Notes: generated by a model not told the origin, from the letters alone. A stretch of DNA of 63,169 bases, filler included, from Octopus bimaculoides (GCF_001194135.2; 7 parts of 6 records of this genome joined end to end with filler, not necessarily neighbours in it), one strand, 5' to 3'; shown: positions 12,695-25,650, numbered from the whole stretch's first letter. Made by a program: numbers and translations.

Positions 12695-13787
12695 NNNNNN
12701 NNNNNNNNNNNNNNNNNNNNNNNNNNNNNNNNNNNNNNNNNNNNNNNNNNNNNNNNNNNNNNNNNNNNNNNNNNNNNNNNNNNNNNNNNNNNNNNNNNNN
12801 NNNNNNNNNNNNNNNNNNNNNNNNNNNNNNNNNNNNNNNNNNNNNNNNNNNNNNNNNNNNNNNNNNNNNNNNNNNNNNNNNNNNNNNNNNNNNNNNNNNN
12901 NNNNNNNNNNNNNNNNNNNNNNNNNNNNNNNNNNNNNNNNNNNNNNNNNNNNNNNNNNNNNNNNNNNNNNNNNNNNNNNNNNNNNNNNNNNNNNNNNNNN
13001 NNNNNNNNNNNNNNNNNNNNNNNNNNNNNNNNNNNNNNNNNNNNNNNNNNNNNNNNNNNNNNNNNNNNNNNNNNNNNNNNNNNNNNNNNNNNNNNNNNNN
13101 NNNNNNNNNNNNNNNNNNNNNNNNNNNNNNNNNNNNNNNNNNNNNNNNNNNNNNNNNNNNNNNNNNNNATATATTTCTTCTTATATGAATATATATATGT
13201 ATATTTTTACTTTTATATATATATTATTTTATATCATTCAATTTCACATCTTTTACTTTTCTTTATATTTATATATATTATTTATATTTAATTCTTATTT
13301 AATTCATATTCACACATCGTACCTCTTTTTATCGTTTCATATGTCCATATATATCCTATGACGGATACCTCTTATGTGTTTAAGTGTACACTGTATTTAT
13401 ATGAGTCATATGTTGTATATATGCTGTCTAATAATAAATTATTCACTAATAAATGTTTCGTAAATTGATTACGACATTTTGCTAACGTTTCATTAGCTTC
13501 TCAATACTTTGAGGGTTGAAAATGTCAAGTTTGGACGTCAAACGTCAAATCTAAACGGCAAATCTGAGCTCAAAGATTTCATGGAAGTTTGTCTTCAGAC
13601 CAGGACGTCGTTGTGAAGATTCCACACATACTACAGGAAAGCCACTGGAAAAACTCAATAATCTGAAGGTACCATATCAGGGTAACAAGGCGGGAGAAGT
13701 AGAAGTTCCTAAACAAGCTCTTTAAAGCATTCTGAGGGAAAATAGAGACGTGGAAGAGAGTGTTGTTGTCATGTTAAAAAGTATGCC

Positions 13788-14720
13788 TTGTTCTCATTAT
13801 TCCCTAACCCCACCTACCAACCTGGCTCGTTTCCCTGCTCCCACCTACTCTGCCGCACTTACCCCTACCTCTCCAACACCATCAACCTCAAATGCACCCA
13901 TCATTGTCCCTACCATATCACCGACTCCTTTACCAGCACTTTTAGCAACGTTATTTACTGCATCTCCTACTCTTTCTGGCCTTCTCTGTACAGCAGTCAA
14001 ACGAGACGCCGCTTGGCATACCGGTTCGCCGAGCACCTCCGAGACATTAGACTCGCAATGACACCTCGGTATCGCGGCATTTCCGCTCTACCGCTCATTC
14101 ACTGCAACACCGGTCTGTGTGAGGATTGTCTTTGCACGGCGGTAATCCGGACTCCTGCCTTCGCGGCAAACATGATTTAATCTTCACTCTTCGCTCCTTT
14201 GCGACACATGAGCTAAACTTCCCTCCTCTCTTCATGCGACTACTCTCGTCTCCTCTCTTCATCTGACAACTACTTCCTATCTTCACTCCTTCCACCTCTC
14301 CACTCCTCTCTTCCTTTGATACTTCTTCTCTTCACTGCAAGCCACCTTCCCTGTTCAGTGATGCCCTCTCCACCCGCACCCACACCAACACCCCTCTACA
14401 CGTGCGCCCACACATACATATCCACCCACCCCACCCCTACACCCTAAGTCACATCCCCACAGCTCACACCCATAAGCCGCAACATGCACACCACTGCACC
14501 ACCGCACCCCATCACACCAACCCTCACCCACATACCATGATCCGCACACCCACAATCATCTACCTACCCACACATTAGAGACGCACGCGTATAAACGTGC
14601 ATATCCGCGGCGGCGAACTGACGACTCGGAGCTGACCGGGGGAATCTGACTATCTAATTAAAACACACTCTATCTGCACACACACGTATACATTCTCACA
14701 TACACACATACGTACGCGCA
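13788..14720 (+). mobile_element. Penelope-like element 3' part: GIY-YIG endonuclease remnant and C/A-rich tail
   Basis: QPGSFPCSHLLCRT..TSTFSNVIYCISYS..LYSSQTRRRLAYRFAEHLRDIR, then SVSRHF and DLIFTLRSFATHELN in a shifted frame. Confidence 0.85.
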
Positions 14721-14840
14721 TGAATTGGGATCATCAATACATTATTATCTCCCCTTCTTTCTGCTTCTTTTGTCAAACCCTTTCTTTCAAACCAATCTCC
14801 ACTCTCTCTCTCTGAGTCTCTCTCTGTGTCTCTCTCTGTC

Positions 14841-14906
<66 letters not shown>

Positions 14907-15010
14907 AGTGAAAAAACTAGAGAAGGCTTGTGTTACATGGTTAAAGTATATATTTAAATTATGTCAGAAAAATGTTATAAAACCTTTTTGGTATATAAAC
15001 ATTGTATTTT

Positions 15011-15049
15011 GAGAAATAACCGGTTTCGTGTTGTCTTTTCAAATTTCTC
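15011..15049 (-). ncRNA. Minimal type-I hammerhead-like motif, U3-A8 core variant
   Basis: GAGAAAU-UUGAAAA-gacaacac-GAAA-CCGG-UU-AUUUCUC: 7-bp stem I, palindromic stem III; stem II keeps only the G10.1-C11.1 pair. Confidence 0.55.
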
Positions 15050-15776
15050 TACTTCATTGTAACGTGTTCGCTCCAGTCTGACGTGTATAAGAATACAGGC
15101 ATACACATATATGTGTGTGTAGGTATGTTGGTATCAAAATATGTATATATGCATGGACGGCGAAATCGATAGAATAATTTGGAAAATATTACGCAGACCG
15201 AAGCCGGACAAAATGATGATTGCGGTTTTTTTCAATATGATGCACAAATACCTCTATAACGCCAATCATGTATAGTCGTACATACAGAAACGCAGATTTA
15301 TATGCATGCGTGTACGCACCTATGGTAGCTTTTACGTATGTGATTATTTCACTCGTGTAAATGATTATGAATTTTTAAAGAACACCACATACATATGTAA
15401 AATAAAAGTGTGACACAATTTTGTTTATATGATATGGCTTCCTGTTTTTCACAATTCAAAATAAGCTAAAATTACCCGTATTTAGAAGCCCCAACAATTC
15501 ATTGAAACACATAACTGTGACAGTGAAAGAAAGTGCTTCCCCCGATAAATGGACATGATCATAGTGCTCTATTTAGAGAAATAGTCTCTAGATAAAAAGA
15601 GAAGAGTAATAAGCTCTGTGTGTCGTTAGAGTCTTAAGGATTATTGATTAAATGAAGTAAAAAAAAACAATACACGTATATATATATATATATATGTTTA
15701 TATATATATATAATTTTTTTCAGAATGCGACAAAATACCAAGGGTGTGAAGATATTAGAACATTTATATATAGAAG

Positions 15777-15824
15777 GTCTTACAGCTGTTTCCAGGATAT
15801 TTATTTTATCCCTTCATCGGAGAC
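15777..15824 (-). ncRNA. Minimal type-I hammerhead ribozyme motif (best preserved; U4C change, extra A after A9)
   Basis: GUCU-CCGAUGA-A-GGGAUA-aaauaaa-UAUCCU-G-GAAA-CAGCUG-UA-AGAC: 4-bp stem I, 6-bp stem II, GUA cleavage triplet. Confidence 0.7.
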
Positions 15825-16299
15825 GGTGTGAGAAGAGAAAATTGGTTAAGCAATAGTTAATTTAGATAAGATACGAAATAGAGAGTGAAGTGGAGGAATG
15901 AAATAGATGCGAGATATGCAGGGATAAAGCATTTTGTAGATCCATTATTTAGGCAAAATGGTATACATAAAAGATTCCAATAATTTGTGAGTAAAATCTA
16001 ATAGTATCTAAAATTGGTCATTCCAAGTATAGAGTTTGTACGCAATGCTATTGAATGAAGGGTGTTATTTAAAGTGACTTAAAAGTAGGGAATGTACTTG
16101 TAAGGTCAAATCGAAAAAAATAAAAGAGGAATAAGAATAAAGAAAAGAAAGAAAAGAAGGAAAAAGAAAAAAACAAGGAGGGGTAATAAGGGAAAGCATA
16201 TATTAGACATGTATATATGTATTTATACAGGTGTTTATACATATCAATATCTACATATACAACGTATAATCATTAGTATATGTACATATGTACACCCAT

Positions 16300-16714
16300 A
16301 TATACGTGTATCTGCTACTGTTGCTGTAGTTGCTGCTGTAACTGCTATTGTTGTTGCTGCTGTTGCTGTTACAACTGCCCCACGGAGGCCAATAAGACTT
16401 CCATGTTAAAACGATTTTCGCCTTGCTTTCGTACCAAACAAAAGAGCAGAAGTTTAAACGTCAAACGCAAGCTTCGAACAAAACGTCACCACTTGTGAAT
16501 CCTTGTATTGGATATATAATATAACGGAATAGGGGTGAGGGGGAGAAAGTATATAGACGAGATACTACTATTACTATTACACGAGACTCAGCATAAAAGC
16601 TCTTAGCGAACTGCTACCAAAATGAACTGACAATCGCTCACAGTTCTTTACTTTATAGTAGTGAGTCAGTGTACCTTATAGTTACTTGAGGGGGGTCGGA
16701 ATCCTTCCACAACA
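16300..16714 (-). mobile_element. Gypsy-family LTR (16714-16494), degenerate PBS and start of poly-Q gag
   Basis: TG...CA ends (tgttgtggaagg...ggattcaca), then ag-tggtgacgt; homologous to 47740-47370. Confidence 0.75.
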
Positions 16715-16899
16715 CACACACACACATATATATATATAGTTCTTAAAAAAGAATATTGTTCACAATGACTTCGATGTTTCGGGCAGCTGCTAAGTCATCA
16801 TCGTAATGGTCGAAAATTGTAAGTTACTGCCAATAATATTCTCGTTTAAGAATGACATGTATACATCGACACCTAGATACACTGATTCACAGATTGACT

Positions 16900-17140
<241 letters not shown>

Positions 17141-17149
17141 GATCACTTA

Positions 17150-17635
17150 AAAGTTAACTAAAACGGTTAAATATCTATGGCAAACGGCCAAAGTGTGTTT
17201 GAGAGTAAAAGTAAAACATGATTTAATCTAAGTTTTACGGAAAGCAACGTAGGAGGAAATCATCTATATTATCATTTTGACACTTGAACCACATTATTAG
17301 TTAGCTGGCCCTGGCCAAAATATTTCCGTGTGTCGACGTTTTCTATGGTAATAATTTGTGTGACATTTTCCAGTTACATTTAATTGTTATTTGTTTTCTT
17401 CTTGAACATTTTCAGGGTATATTTGAATAAAGTAGCCTTTAAGAAGAATAGCTGTTCGAAATATTGTGGTGTGGAATGAACTTACTTATTGTTCAGGGTT
17501 ATGTGAGAGATTTTCTTCGTTATTTCATAACACGATAGTTGCATCTTATGGAGAATGTAAAGAGAATATAACCCATAGTATAGAAATAATTTAGCGCTCA
17601 CCGTTGCCTTGTAGACAATGAGTCACGTATTAGAG
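17150..17635 (-). mobile_element. Highly decayed Penelope-like GIY-YIG remnant
   Basis: LIVYKATVSAK..YYG and KATLFKYTLK (compare IVYxATV..YxG and xTxLSKYIW); weak hammerhead remnant downstream at 16810-16761. Confidence 0.5.
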
Positions 17636-17950
17636 ACGCTTTGTGATATATCCCCTCTTACACATACTCATTCAGAATGAGAGAAGCAAAATGTCAGAAA
17701 CAATAAGTCGAAACGAAGAATACAAATAAATATATCGACGAAACTGAAATGCTCTCTGATACCTTATTAACAATTGCTGAAATTGCCTTAAAATTGCTAT
17801 CATCAGATCATATTCAATGAAAAATCAATACCACTTGCTCGTGAAACAAGATCTCATCGAATATTGTTTTCCTTTTATTTGTTTTCAACAATAAATATCT
17901 AAGTATTTGTGTATGTGTATATCTATTACATACGTCTCTCCTTCTATATG

Positions 17951-18003
<53 letters not shown>

Positions 18004-18859
18004 GCGCATTTATATATACCTATATATACATATATATTTTTAGAAGTGTGTGCGTGTCAGAGTGTGTCTGCACACATATGTGCGCACGCATACAAATATA
18101 TATATATACATTCATATATATACATTCATTAATACATAAATAGATGTGTGTTTGTGTGCCTGGTCATTAGTGCATATGCTTATAAAATATCTGTACAGAG
18201 ACAAACACACACACAGACAAACACACACAAACACAAACGTGTGTGTTCATATTTATTTAACTGAGATTGAAATGAGAAAATAACGAAGAGCTAATAGAAT
18301 TTCTATACGCCATTTGTAATAATTAGAAATACGATGTTTATAAAATAAAGCGAATGAAAAAGTAAAAAGAAAATTGCTTTCATATTACATTGTCAGTTGA
18401 TTTTTGTTAAATTATTATTAATCACATTGCTATGTATGATTAAAATTACATCTCCGCTTTCATACAATGGGCAATATTGTAACACCATAATAAGAAAAGA
18501 AACAAAGAAATAATACTCTATATAATATTAGTTTAGAAAATTGTTGTTCTAAATTTTCGTAATTGCATGCTATCGGTTCTTGGATTAAAATTAAAAAAAA
18601 AAGTTGCGCATTTTAATTTATTTTGTGAGATTTTGAAAATACTTCATCTAGAAAACAACTTTATAGAGCATTAGACCAGTGTTAGGAAAAAAAAAAACCG
18701 ATAATGAATATAATTTTATTTTTATAACAAGGGAATTCACAGAATTCATATCAGAATTCATATAACAAATGCTGAGAAAATGAGCAAAACTAATTCCAGA
18801 CATATTTGCCTCATGCTCAAAGACATAATTCATTACACATAATCTTACAAACACACAGA

Positions 18860-19000
18860 TACACACATACATGTACGTACATACATTCATACATACATAC
18901 ATACACACTTACATACATACACACATACATACATACACACATACATACATACACAATACATACATACACACATACATACATACACACATACATACATACA

Positions 19001-19034
<34 letters not shown>

Positions 19035-19045
19035 CATGCATATAT
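18860..19045. repeat. (CATA)n/(CA)n microsatellite
   Basis: Direct inspection. Confidence 0.95.
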
Positions 19046-19079
19046 ATCTATACGTATTTATCTTCTTTTTTTCATTCTT

Positions 19080-19289
19080 TCACTTGTTTCAGTCATTTGA
19101 CGGTGGTCATGCTGGAGCTCCTTCACGAAGAATTTTTAGTCGAACAAATCGACACCAAGACTTATATTTTTTTAAAGCCTGGTACTTATTCTATTTGTCA
19201 ATTTTTTCTACCACCGTATGCGGGGACGTGAACACACCAGTGCCGATCGTCAAGAGACGGTGGGGCACACAGACAAAAGATAGTCATAG

Positions 19290-19327
<38 letters not shown>

Positions 19328-19455
19328 CGTTTTTCTTTTCAATATCCGTCTAACAATTCCATTCGTAAGGTCTTGTTTGGAAGACACTCATGCAAGGTGC
19401 CATGCAGTGGGAAGGAACCCGGCACCGTTTGATTTGGAATCCAGCTTCTTAACAG
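19080..19455 (-). mobile_element. SINE family A
   Basis: cacttgtttcagtcatttg...aagcctggtacttattc...caaggtgccatgcagtggg. Confidence 0.8.
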
Positions 19456-19924
19456 ACAGTCGCACCATAATAATTATTTTCCATAGAAGCAGCATTAATA
19501 GCAAAAGCAATCTTTATTTCGAACTCTACGTGGATGTTTAGCTGAACACCGATTACTGGGTGGTTTACTTTGAGAAAACCTCGCATGTGGCTTCAGGGGG
19601 ATTAAGTCACACATGTTTATAACGCTGGCTGACGACAAATCCGCTACGAGTGCTGAAACTGTCAGATCACATATTTCGATTAGCCCTGTTTACTCAGTGG
19701 TAAACGAAGATCGTATGCTAGATAAAATATGTGTGCTTTTATGCACCATGCGTGAATGTAAAAGGTTCTTTTAATGGAAAAAACACCATATTCGGCTGCC
19801 TGACAGAACATCGACGCTATGTTGACTTTTGATATTAATACTAACTTTACCACTAATAATTTTATCGCTATATGTCTGCTGGCTATTTCCAAAACCAGAG
19901 CCTGAAATGCAACTGATATATATT

Positions 19925-20460
19925 CTTTTACTCTGTTACTTCAGTCACCGCATTTAGTGGAGGAAATCGACCCCTGGACTTATTCTTTGGAAGCCTAGTA
20001 CTTATTCTATCGGTTTCTTTTGCCGAACCACTAAGTTGCGGGGACGTAAACACACCACCATCGGTTGTCAAGCGATGTTGGGGGACAAACACAGACTCGC
20101 AAACATATACACACACATANNNNNNNNNNNNNNNNNNNNNNNNNNNNNNNNNNNNNNNNNNNNTTAATTAATTAANNNNNNNNNNNNNNNNNNNNNNNNN
20201 NNNNNNNNNNNNNNNNNNNCACACACACACACACACACATGCACACACACACACACACACACACATGCACACGCACACATATGACTGGCTTCTTTCAGTT
20301 TCTGTCAACCAAATCTACTCACATGGCTTTGGTTGGCCCAAGGCTATAGTAGAAGATACTTGCCCATGATACCATGCAGTGGGACTGAACCTGGAACCGT
20401 GTGGTTGGACTGAACTGGAACCATGCAGTGGGACTGAACCTGGAACCATGTAGGACTTAA
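19925..20460 (-). mobile_element. SINE family A split by a tagged gap (the halves may be different copies)
   Basis: Left half retains CpGs; right half is CpG-decayed and has tandem copies of catgcagtgggactgaacctggaacc (20373 and 20421). Confidence 0.75.
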
Positions 20461-21459
20461 CACTCAGTCCCTTCTGCACCTACATATATATGATCGTGAG
20501 ATTGTGGTTTTGATTCCCAGACCAGGCCTTGTGTTGTGTTCTTGAGCAAAAAACACTCCATTTCATTTCGTCATCTGACATGTGGTACATCATGCATCTG
20601 TACAGATAATGTCAATTTGATAGAAAGAATGAGCTTATGTGAGCACAAACACTTGATTACTATAAACAAATCAACTGTGTGGTTGTTCAGCAAGAAATTG
20701 CAGAACCCTTATATGTCACCAAATGATGGGAAAGTTCGTAATATATATAAGATAATTACAATGAATCCCTTGTATTCATAGACATGAGAACTGCATGGCA
20801 ACCTCAACAGTGCAGGTGGTATGAAAAAAAGCACCCAGTACACTCTGTGAAGTGGTCAGTGTTTAAAAGGCCATTCAACCATAGAAACTATGCCAAAACA
20901 GACATTGAAACTTGATGCAGTTCTTAAAAATATCAGGTCCTGTCAAACCACTCACCCCATAGAACATGAATGGTAAATGATGATGATGATGATGATGATG
21001 ATAATGATGTGTGTGTGTGTATTGGTTACTGTGAGTCTTGTCATCTTAAGCAAAATATATTTCACTGTAAAAGAAGTAGTACATGTTAACAGTTAGCTAT
21101 ATATACAGATCAGATCCACTCTAATCTACATTGTCTATATTGTCCAAATGTTTTCATTGACGTCTTCTCAATTATCTCCCTTGTATACCAATTTTAAAAC
21201 CTATAGGGAAATTTTATCTTCTCATTCCAAGTTTAATGTGAGTTAATCAAAGTTTTTCAGCTCATTACATTATGTATGTGGAATCCAACCTTATATTTGT
21301 ATATGTAACAAACCATCCACATTTAGGTGGGGATAAACATTATCTCTCAGTATTAATACTGCCTCCGTTGCTAATGCATATTTTTGTATATTTAGTATAC
21401 AAACTAGCAGAGATACCTAGCCTTGCTTGGGATTAAAATGGCATAGTTTTTTTATTGTT

Positions 21460-21715
21460 TTACTTGTTTCAGCCATGTGACAGTGGGCATGCTGGAGCAC
21501 TGCCTTTGGTTGAAAAAATTGACCACATGATTTATACTTTGTAAGCCTAGTACTTATTCTATCAGTGTCTTTTGATGAACTGCTAAGTTATGGGAATGTA
21601 AATACAGCAACATCAGTTGTCAAGTAATGGTGGGGGTACAAACACAGAGACACCCACAAACAAAACTATACACATATATACGACAGGCCTTGGTCGGCTT
21701 GAGGCTATAATATAT
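21460..21715 (-). mobile_element. SINE family A, CpG-decayed
   Basis: ctatcagtgtcttttgatgaactgctaagttatgggaatgta versus ctatcgg..gccgaaccgc..acggggacgta in other copies. Confidence 0.75.
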
Positions 21716-21915
21716 NNNNNNNNNNNNNNNNNNNNNNNNNNNNNNNNNNNNNNNNNNNNNNNNNNNNNNNNNNNNNNNNNNNNNNNNNNNNNNNNNNNNN
21801 NNNNNNNNNNNNNNNNNNNNNNNNNNNNNNNNNNNNNNNNNNNNNNNNNNNNNNNNNNNNNNNNNNNNNNNNNNNNNNNNNNNNNNNNNNNNNNNNNNNN
21901 NNNNNNNNNNNNNNN

Positions 21916-21954
<39 letters not shown>

Positions 21955-21957
<3 letters not shown>

Positions 21958-22700
21958 ATGAGAAAATGGAGGAAAATAGGTGGTATCAATCGACTTGCAG
22001 ACAATGTATTTCGTTGATTAATCTGTTTATTTTATGACAATATTGACAAAAACCACAATATACAGATACATATGACATACCATGTCATATTAACAATTAA
22101 GGTTACAAATATAAAGGACTTTAAGCAATTGGAGAGGGGACAGAAACTTACAGCTGTTTCAGCCTAGCGTTGGCATGCTCCATTCTATCTCTATAGCTCC
22201 TGAACGCCGGAGTAATTAGTAAATGAAAATGATGTAATGGGGGTACATGCATGATTCACTAGGACTCTTCAGAGATTTACAAAATTCAATACAAATATAA
22301 AATAAGAATAAAGTAAAAAAATAAAATAAAAAAATAAAAAATTAAGATATAAAAATATAAGGCACATAAAAAAGCCTACAAACAGTATATAAAACCATAT
22401 AAATAGTTATAAACACTCCAATATACATGCTTATGCCTGTATACATAACCATACGTAGATATCTATGGATACAAAAGCATAGATAGATGAGTACATATGT
22501 GTGTCCAGATGCACATACACAGATGGCTGTAAATGCACACCAAAATAGTCAGCAGCCACGGTCACCACATGTGAGGGGGACTATAACACTAGTGTAACAA
22601 TAATTGGGTACCCTCCCAGCAGTATATTTCAATGATACTATCCCTTAGTGGGTTGAATCCTCAACCCCTAACTCTCTTGGATTATATATATATATATATA
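21955..22700 (-). mobile_element. Probable PLE pseudo-LTR-derived non-coding element with hammerhead remnants
   Basis: Shares its terminus (aatgagaaaatggagga...ggtggtat) and the cttacagctgtttcagcc motif with 25192-25650; the motif also occurs at 15779. Confidence 0.45.
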
Positions 22701-22829
22701 TGATAATAATAATAATAATAATATTAGGAAATAAATTCCAAAACGTACAGGGAAAAATTCAATTTAGCAATACTAAATCAAATTTCCAAATATATCCATA
22801 TATATATATACACACACATATATATCTCA

Positions 22830-23194
22830 TTTACTTGTTTCAGTCATTTGAATGTGGCCATGCTGGAGCACTCCCTTTAGTTGAGCAAAACAACCCGGGA
22901 CTTATTCTTTGTAAGCCTAGTACTTATTCTATCAGTTTCTTTTGCCAAACCACTAAATTACGGGAACGTAAACACATCAGCATCAGTTGTCAAACAATGC
23001 TAGGGGGACAAACACAGACACACAAACATACACACACACACATATATATACATATATACGACGGGCTTCTTTCAGTTTTCGTCCACCAAATCCACTCACA
23101 AGGATTTGGTAGAGTTGGCCCAAGGCTATAGTAGAAGACACATACCCAAGATGCCACACAGTAGGACTGAACCCGGAACCATGTGGTTGGTAAG
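22830..23194 (-). mobile_element. SINE family A
   Basis: Full body, partly CpG-decayed. Confidence 0.85.
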
Positions 23195-23294
23195 NNNNNN
23201 NNNNNNNNNNNNNNNNNNNNNNNNNNNNNNNNNNNNNNNNNNNNNNNNNNNNNNNNNNNNNNNNNNNNNNNNNNNNNNNNNNNNNNNNNNNNNN

Positions 23295-23627
23295 TATGTA
23301 TATACATATATATATATATATATGTATATACATATATATATATAAATATATGTATACATATATACATGTATATACATATATATGTATATATATACATATA
23401 TATGTATATACATATATATGTATATATACATATATATGTATATACATATGTATGTATATACATATATATGTATGTATATACATATATATCTATATATATA
23501 CATATATATGTATATGTATATATATACATATACATGTATATATATGTATGTATATACATATATGTGTATGTACATACATATAGATGTATGTATATACGTA
23601 TACATGCATGTATATACATATATATGT
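23295..23627. repeat. (TA)/(TATG)/(TACA) complex microsatellite
   Basis: Direct inspection. Confidence 0.95.
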
Positions 23628-23643
23628 ATAAAAAAATAAAAAA

Positions 23644-23890
23644 AAGCAACATAGATTTTTAAAGATGACTGCAGTACGCACGTTTCATTCTACTCCATTT
23701 ATTTAAGTAATGCGAGCATTACACTAAATGCAATATGTAGAGCAATCTTCAGCTGCACAAAAATGTAGAAAATTACAGTAGAATAGACATATTATAATTG
23801 TGGCAACATTTATATTCCAAGTGGGAAGAAGAATACATAAAAATTCATCTTGACATAACCAAGGCTAGCAGGCTAGTAATTAATTCTAGG
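23644..23890 (+). repeat. ~247-bp local direct repeat, copy 1 (copy 2 at 26011-26256)
   Basis: About 90% identity by eye; copies are ~2.37 kb apart. Confidence 0.92.
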
Positions 23891-24404
23891 TAGAATTCTA
23901 AATATCTGTGATTTTATTGTCTCTTATCTTGTGGTTATAGTATAAGAGACAATCACTTCTAAGGAAAGGGAAGGTGTAAGCATTATACATGGATATGGTT
24001 ATAAAGGTTTCTCTGGTCAGAGTGGCAACACTATTTTAGGTTGGGTTTTTTTTACTGCTATCATAATGTTGGGGAATTAAACCTTAAGCTTTCAGGTCAA
24101 CAGGGCTTTTTCTTTAGTCTGAATAAAGCACCAGTATTGTTTTACATATACTAAGTATGGAAAATTTATAGATATCAATATTAGCTTAATTAATATGTTA
24201 ATAATAAAAATGTAATTAGTTTATACAAAAACCCTGAAGTAGTGTCAATTTTGAATTCAAAAGCTATAGATAAGGTGTGAAGTTTAAGACTATTATATAT
24301 ATTGGACTCAGGAAACTATTTTGAATTATTTTAAAAATTATTTTAAAATTTAAGCTAATATATATAATACTATTTGAAAGACACATAAGAGATAAGCTTT
24401 ATTT

Positions 24405-25133
24405 TTGCTGCATGAATTGAATGACAACCCCAAAAAACGCTGTTTTGAAGTGTCATCTTCCTCTCTTTTACGCAACAAGAACGACCCGTTTCTTGACTGG
24501 ATTATGACTTGCGATGAAAAGTAGATTCTTTATGACAACCAGCGATGCTCAGCTCAGTGGTTGGATTCCAATGAAGCTCCATGGCACTTCCTGAAGCCAA
24601 AGTTGCACCAAAAAAAGGTCATGGTGACTGTTTGGTGGTTTGCGGCTGGTCTCATCCATCACAGCTTTTTGGATCCACTGTCAGCAAATGGATGAAATGC
24701 ATAAGAAACTCTGACAACAACAGCCAGCATTGGTCAATAGAAAAGACTAATTCTTCTCTATGACAATGCTTGGCTGCACGTCGCACAACTGACCCTGCAG
24801 AAGTTGAATGAATTGGGCTATGAAACTCTGCCTCATTCACCATACTCACCAGACCTCTTGCCTACAAACTACTACTTTTCCAAGCATCTTGACAACTTCC
24901 TGCATGAGAAATGCTTCAAAAACCAAGATGATGCCAAACATGCCTTCAATGACTTCATCACCACCAGAACGTCGGATTTTTACACTACTGGCATAAATAA
25001 ACTTGTTTCGCATTGGCAAAAGTGTGCTGATTCTGATGGTGTTTATTTCGATTAATAAAGTTTCGTTTGAGCTGAGATATGTGCATCTGAATTTAAAGGT
25101 TAAAAACTGCAAGAACTTTCTTGACAACCTGAT

Positions 25134-25135
<2 letters not shown>
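24405..25135 (+). mobile_element. Hsmar1-like mariner, 3' portion with right TIR
   Basis: HELND..FLDWIMTCDEK*ILYDN; ELGYETLPHSPYSPDLLPTNYY; TIR-like aagaactttcttgacaacctga followed by TA. Confidence 0.9.
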
Positions 25136-25189
<54 letters not shown>

Positions 25190-25191
25190 GG

Positions 25192-25650
25192 CAATAAGAA
25201 AATGGAGAGGATCAAGAAGTGGTATTCATCATCTTTTAGACATTATATTATGTCTATATATTTAAAAAAAAACAATTATAACAATATACATACATGTATA
25301 ACATATGCTTTACATATATAAAAATATCAGTAATTATTAAAATATATAACATAGAACATAGAAAGTAGAATAGTTTCTTACAGCTGTTTCAGCCAAGATG
25401 TCATAGTACCCCACTTTATTTCCATCCCGTCAGTGAACTGAAGTATTTGGTAGATACAGATGTTTTCGATCTAGTTTGGATTATTTGCCATCAAATTCGA
25501 ATTCTTTGCCATCAAATTTGAATTCTTTGCAATCAAATTTGATGGCAAAGAATCCAAACTAGATCGAAAACATCTATAAAACTAAGGTACTTGGGTGTGC
25601 CTCTGGGCTTCATCAGAGAGTTTAGAAAGTTCATAAGTTTAAGATATAAA
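25192..25650 (-). mobile_element. Second PLE pseudo-LTR-like element with two hammerhead remnants
   Basis: gaaacagctgtaag at ~25390-25377; CUGAUGA-A-GCC-caga-GGC at 25616-25599. Confidence 0.45.
25458..25575. repeat. 40-bp inverted repeat enclosing ~21-bp tandem units
   Basis: 25458-25497 vs 25536-25575, 39/40 complementary. Confidence 0.93.

Noticed and set aside
19628-19670. CTGACGA...GAAACTGTC motif
   Set aside because: No convincing stem I or stem II pairing.
20164-20175. TTAATTAATTAA inside N runs (also 34716, 40774, 45502, 53264, 59867)
   Set aside because: It is always centred in a 100-bp block of Ns and is a six-frame-stop scaffolding tag, not biology.
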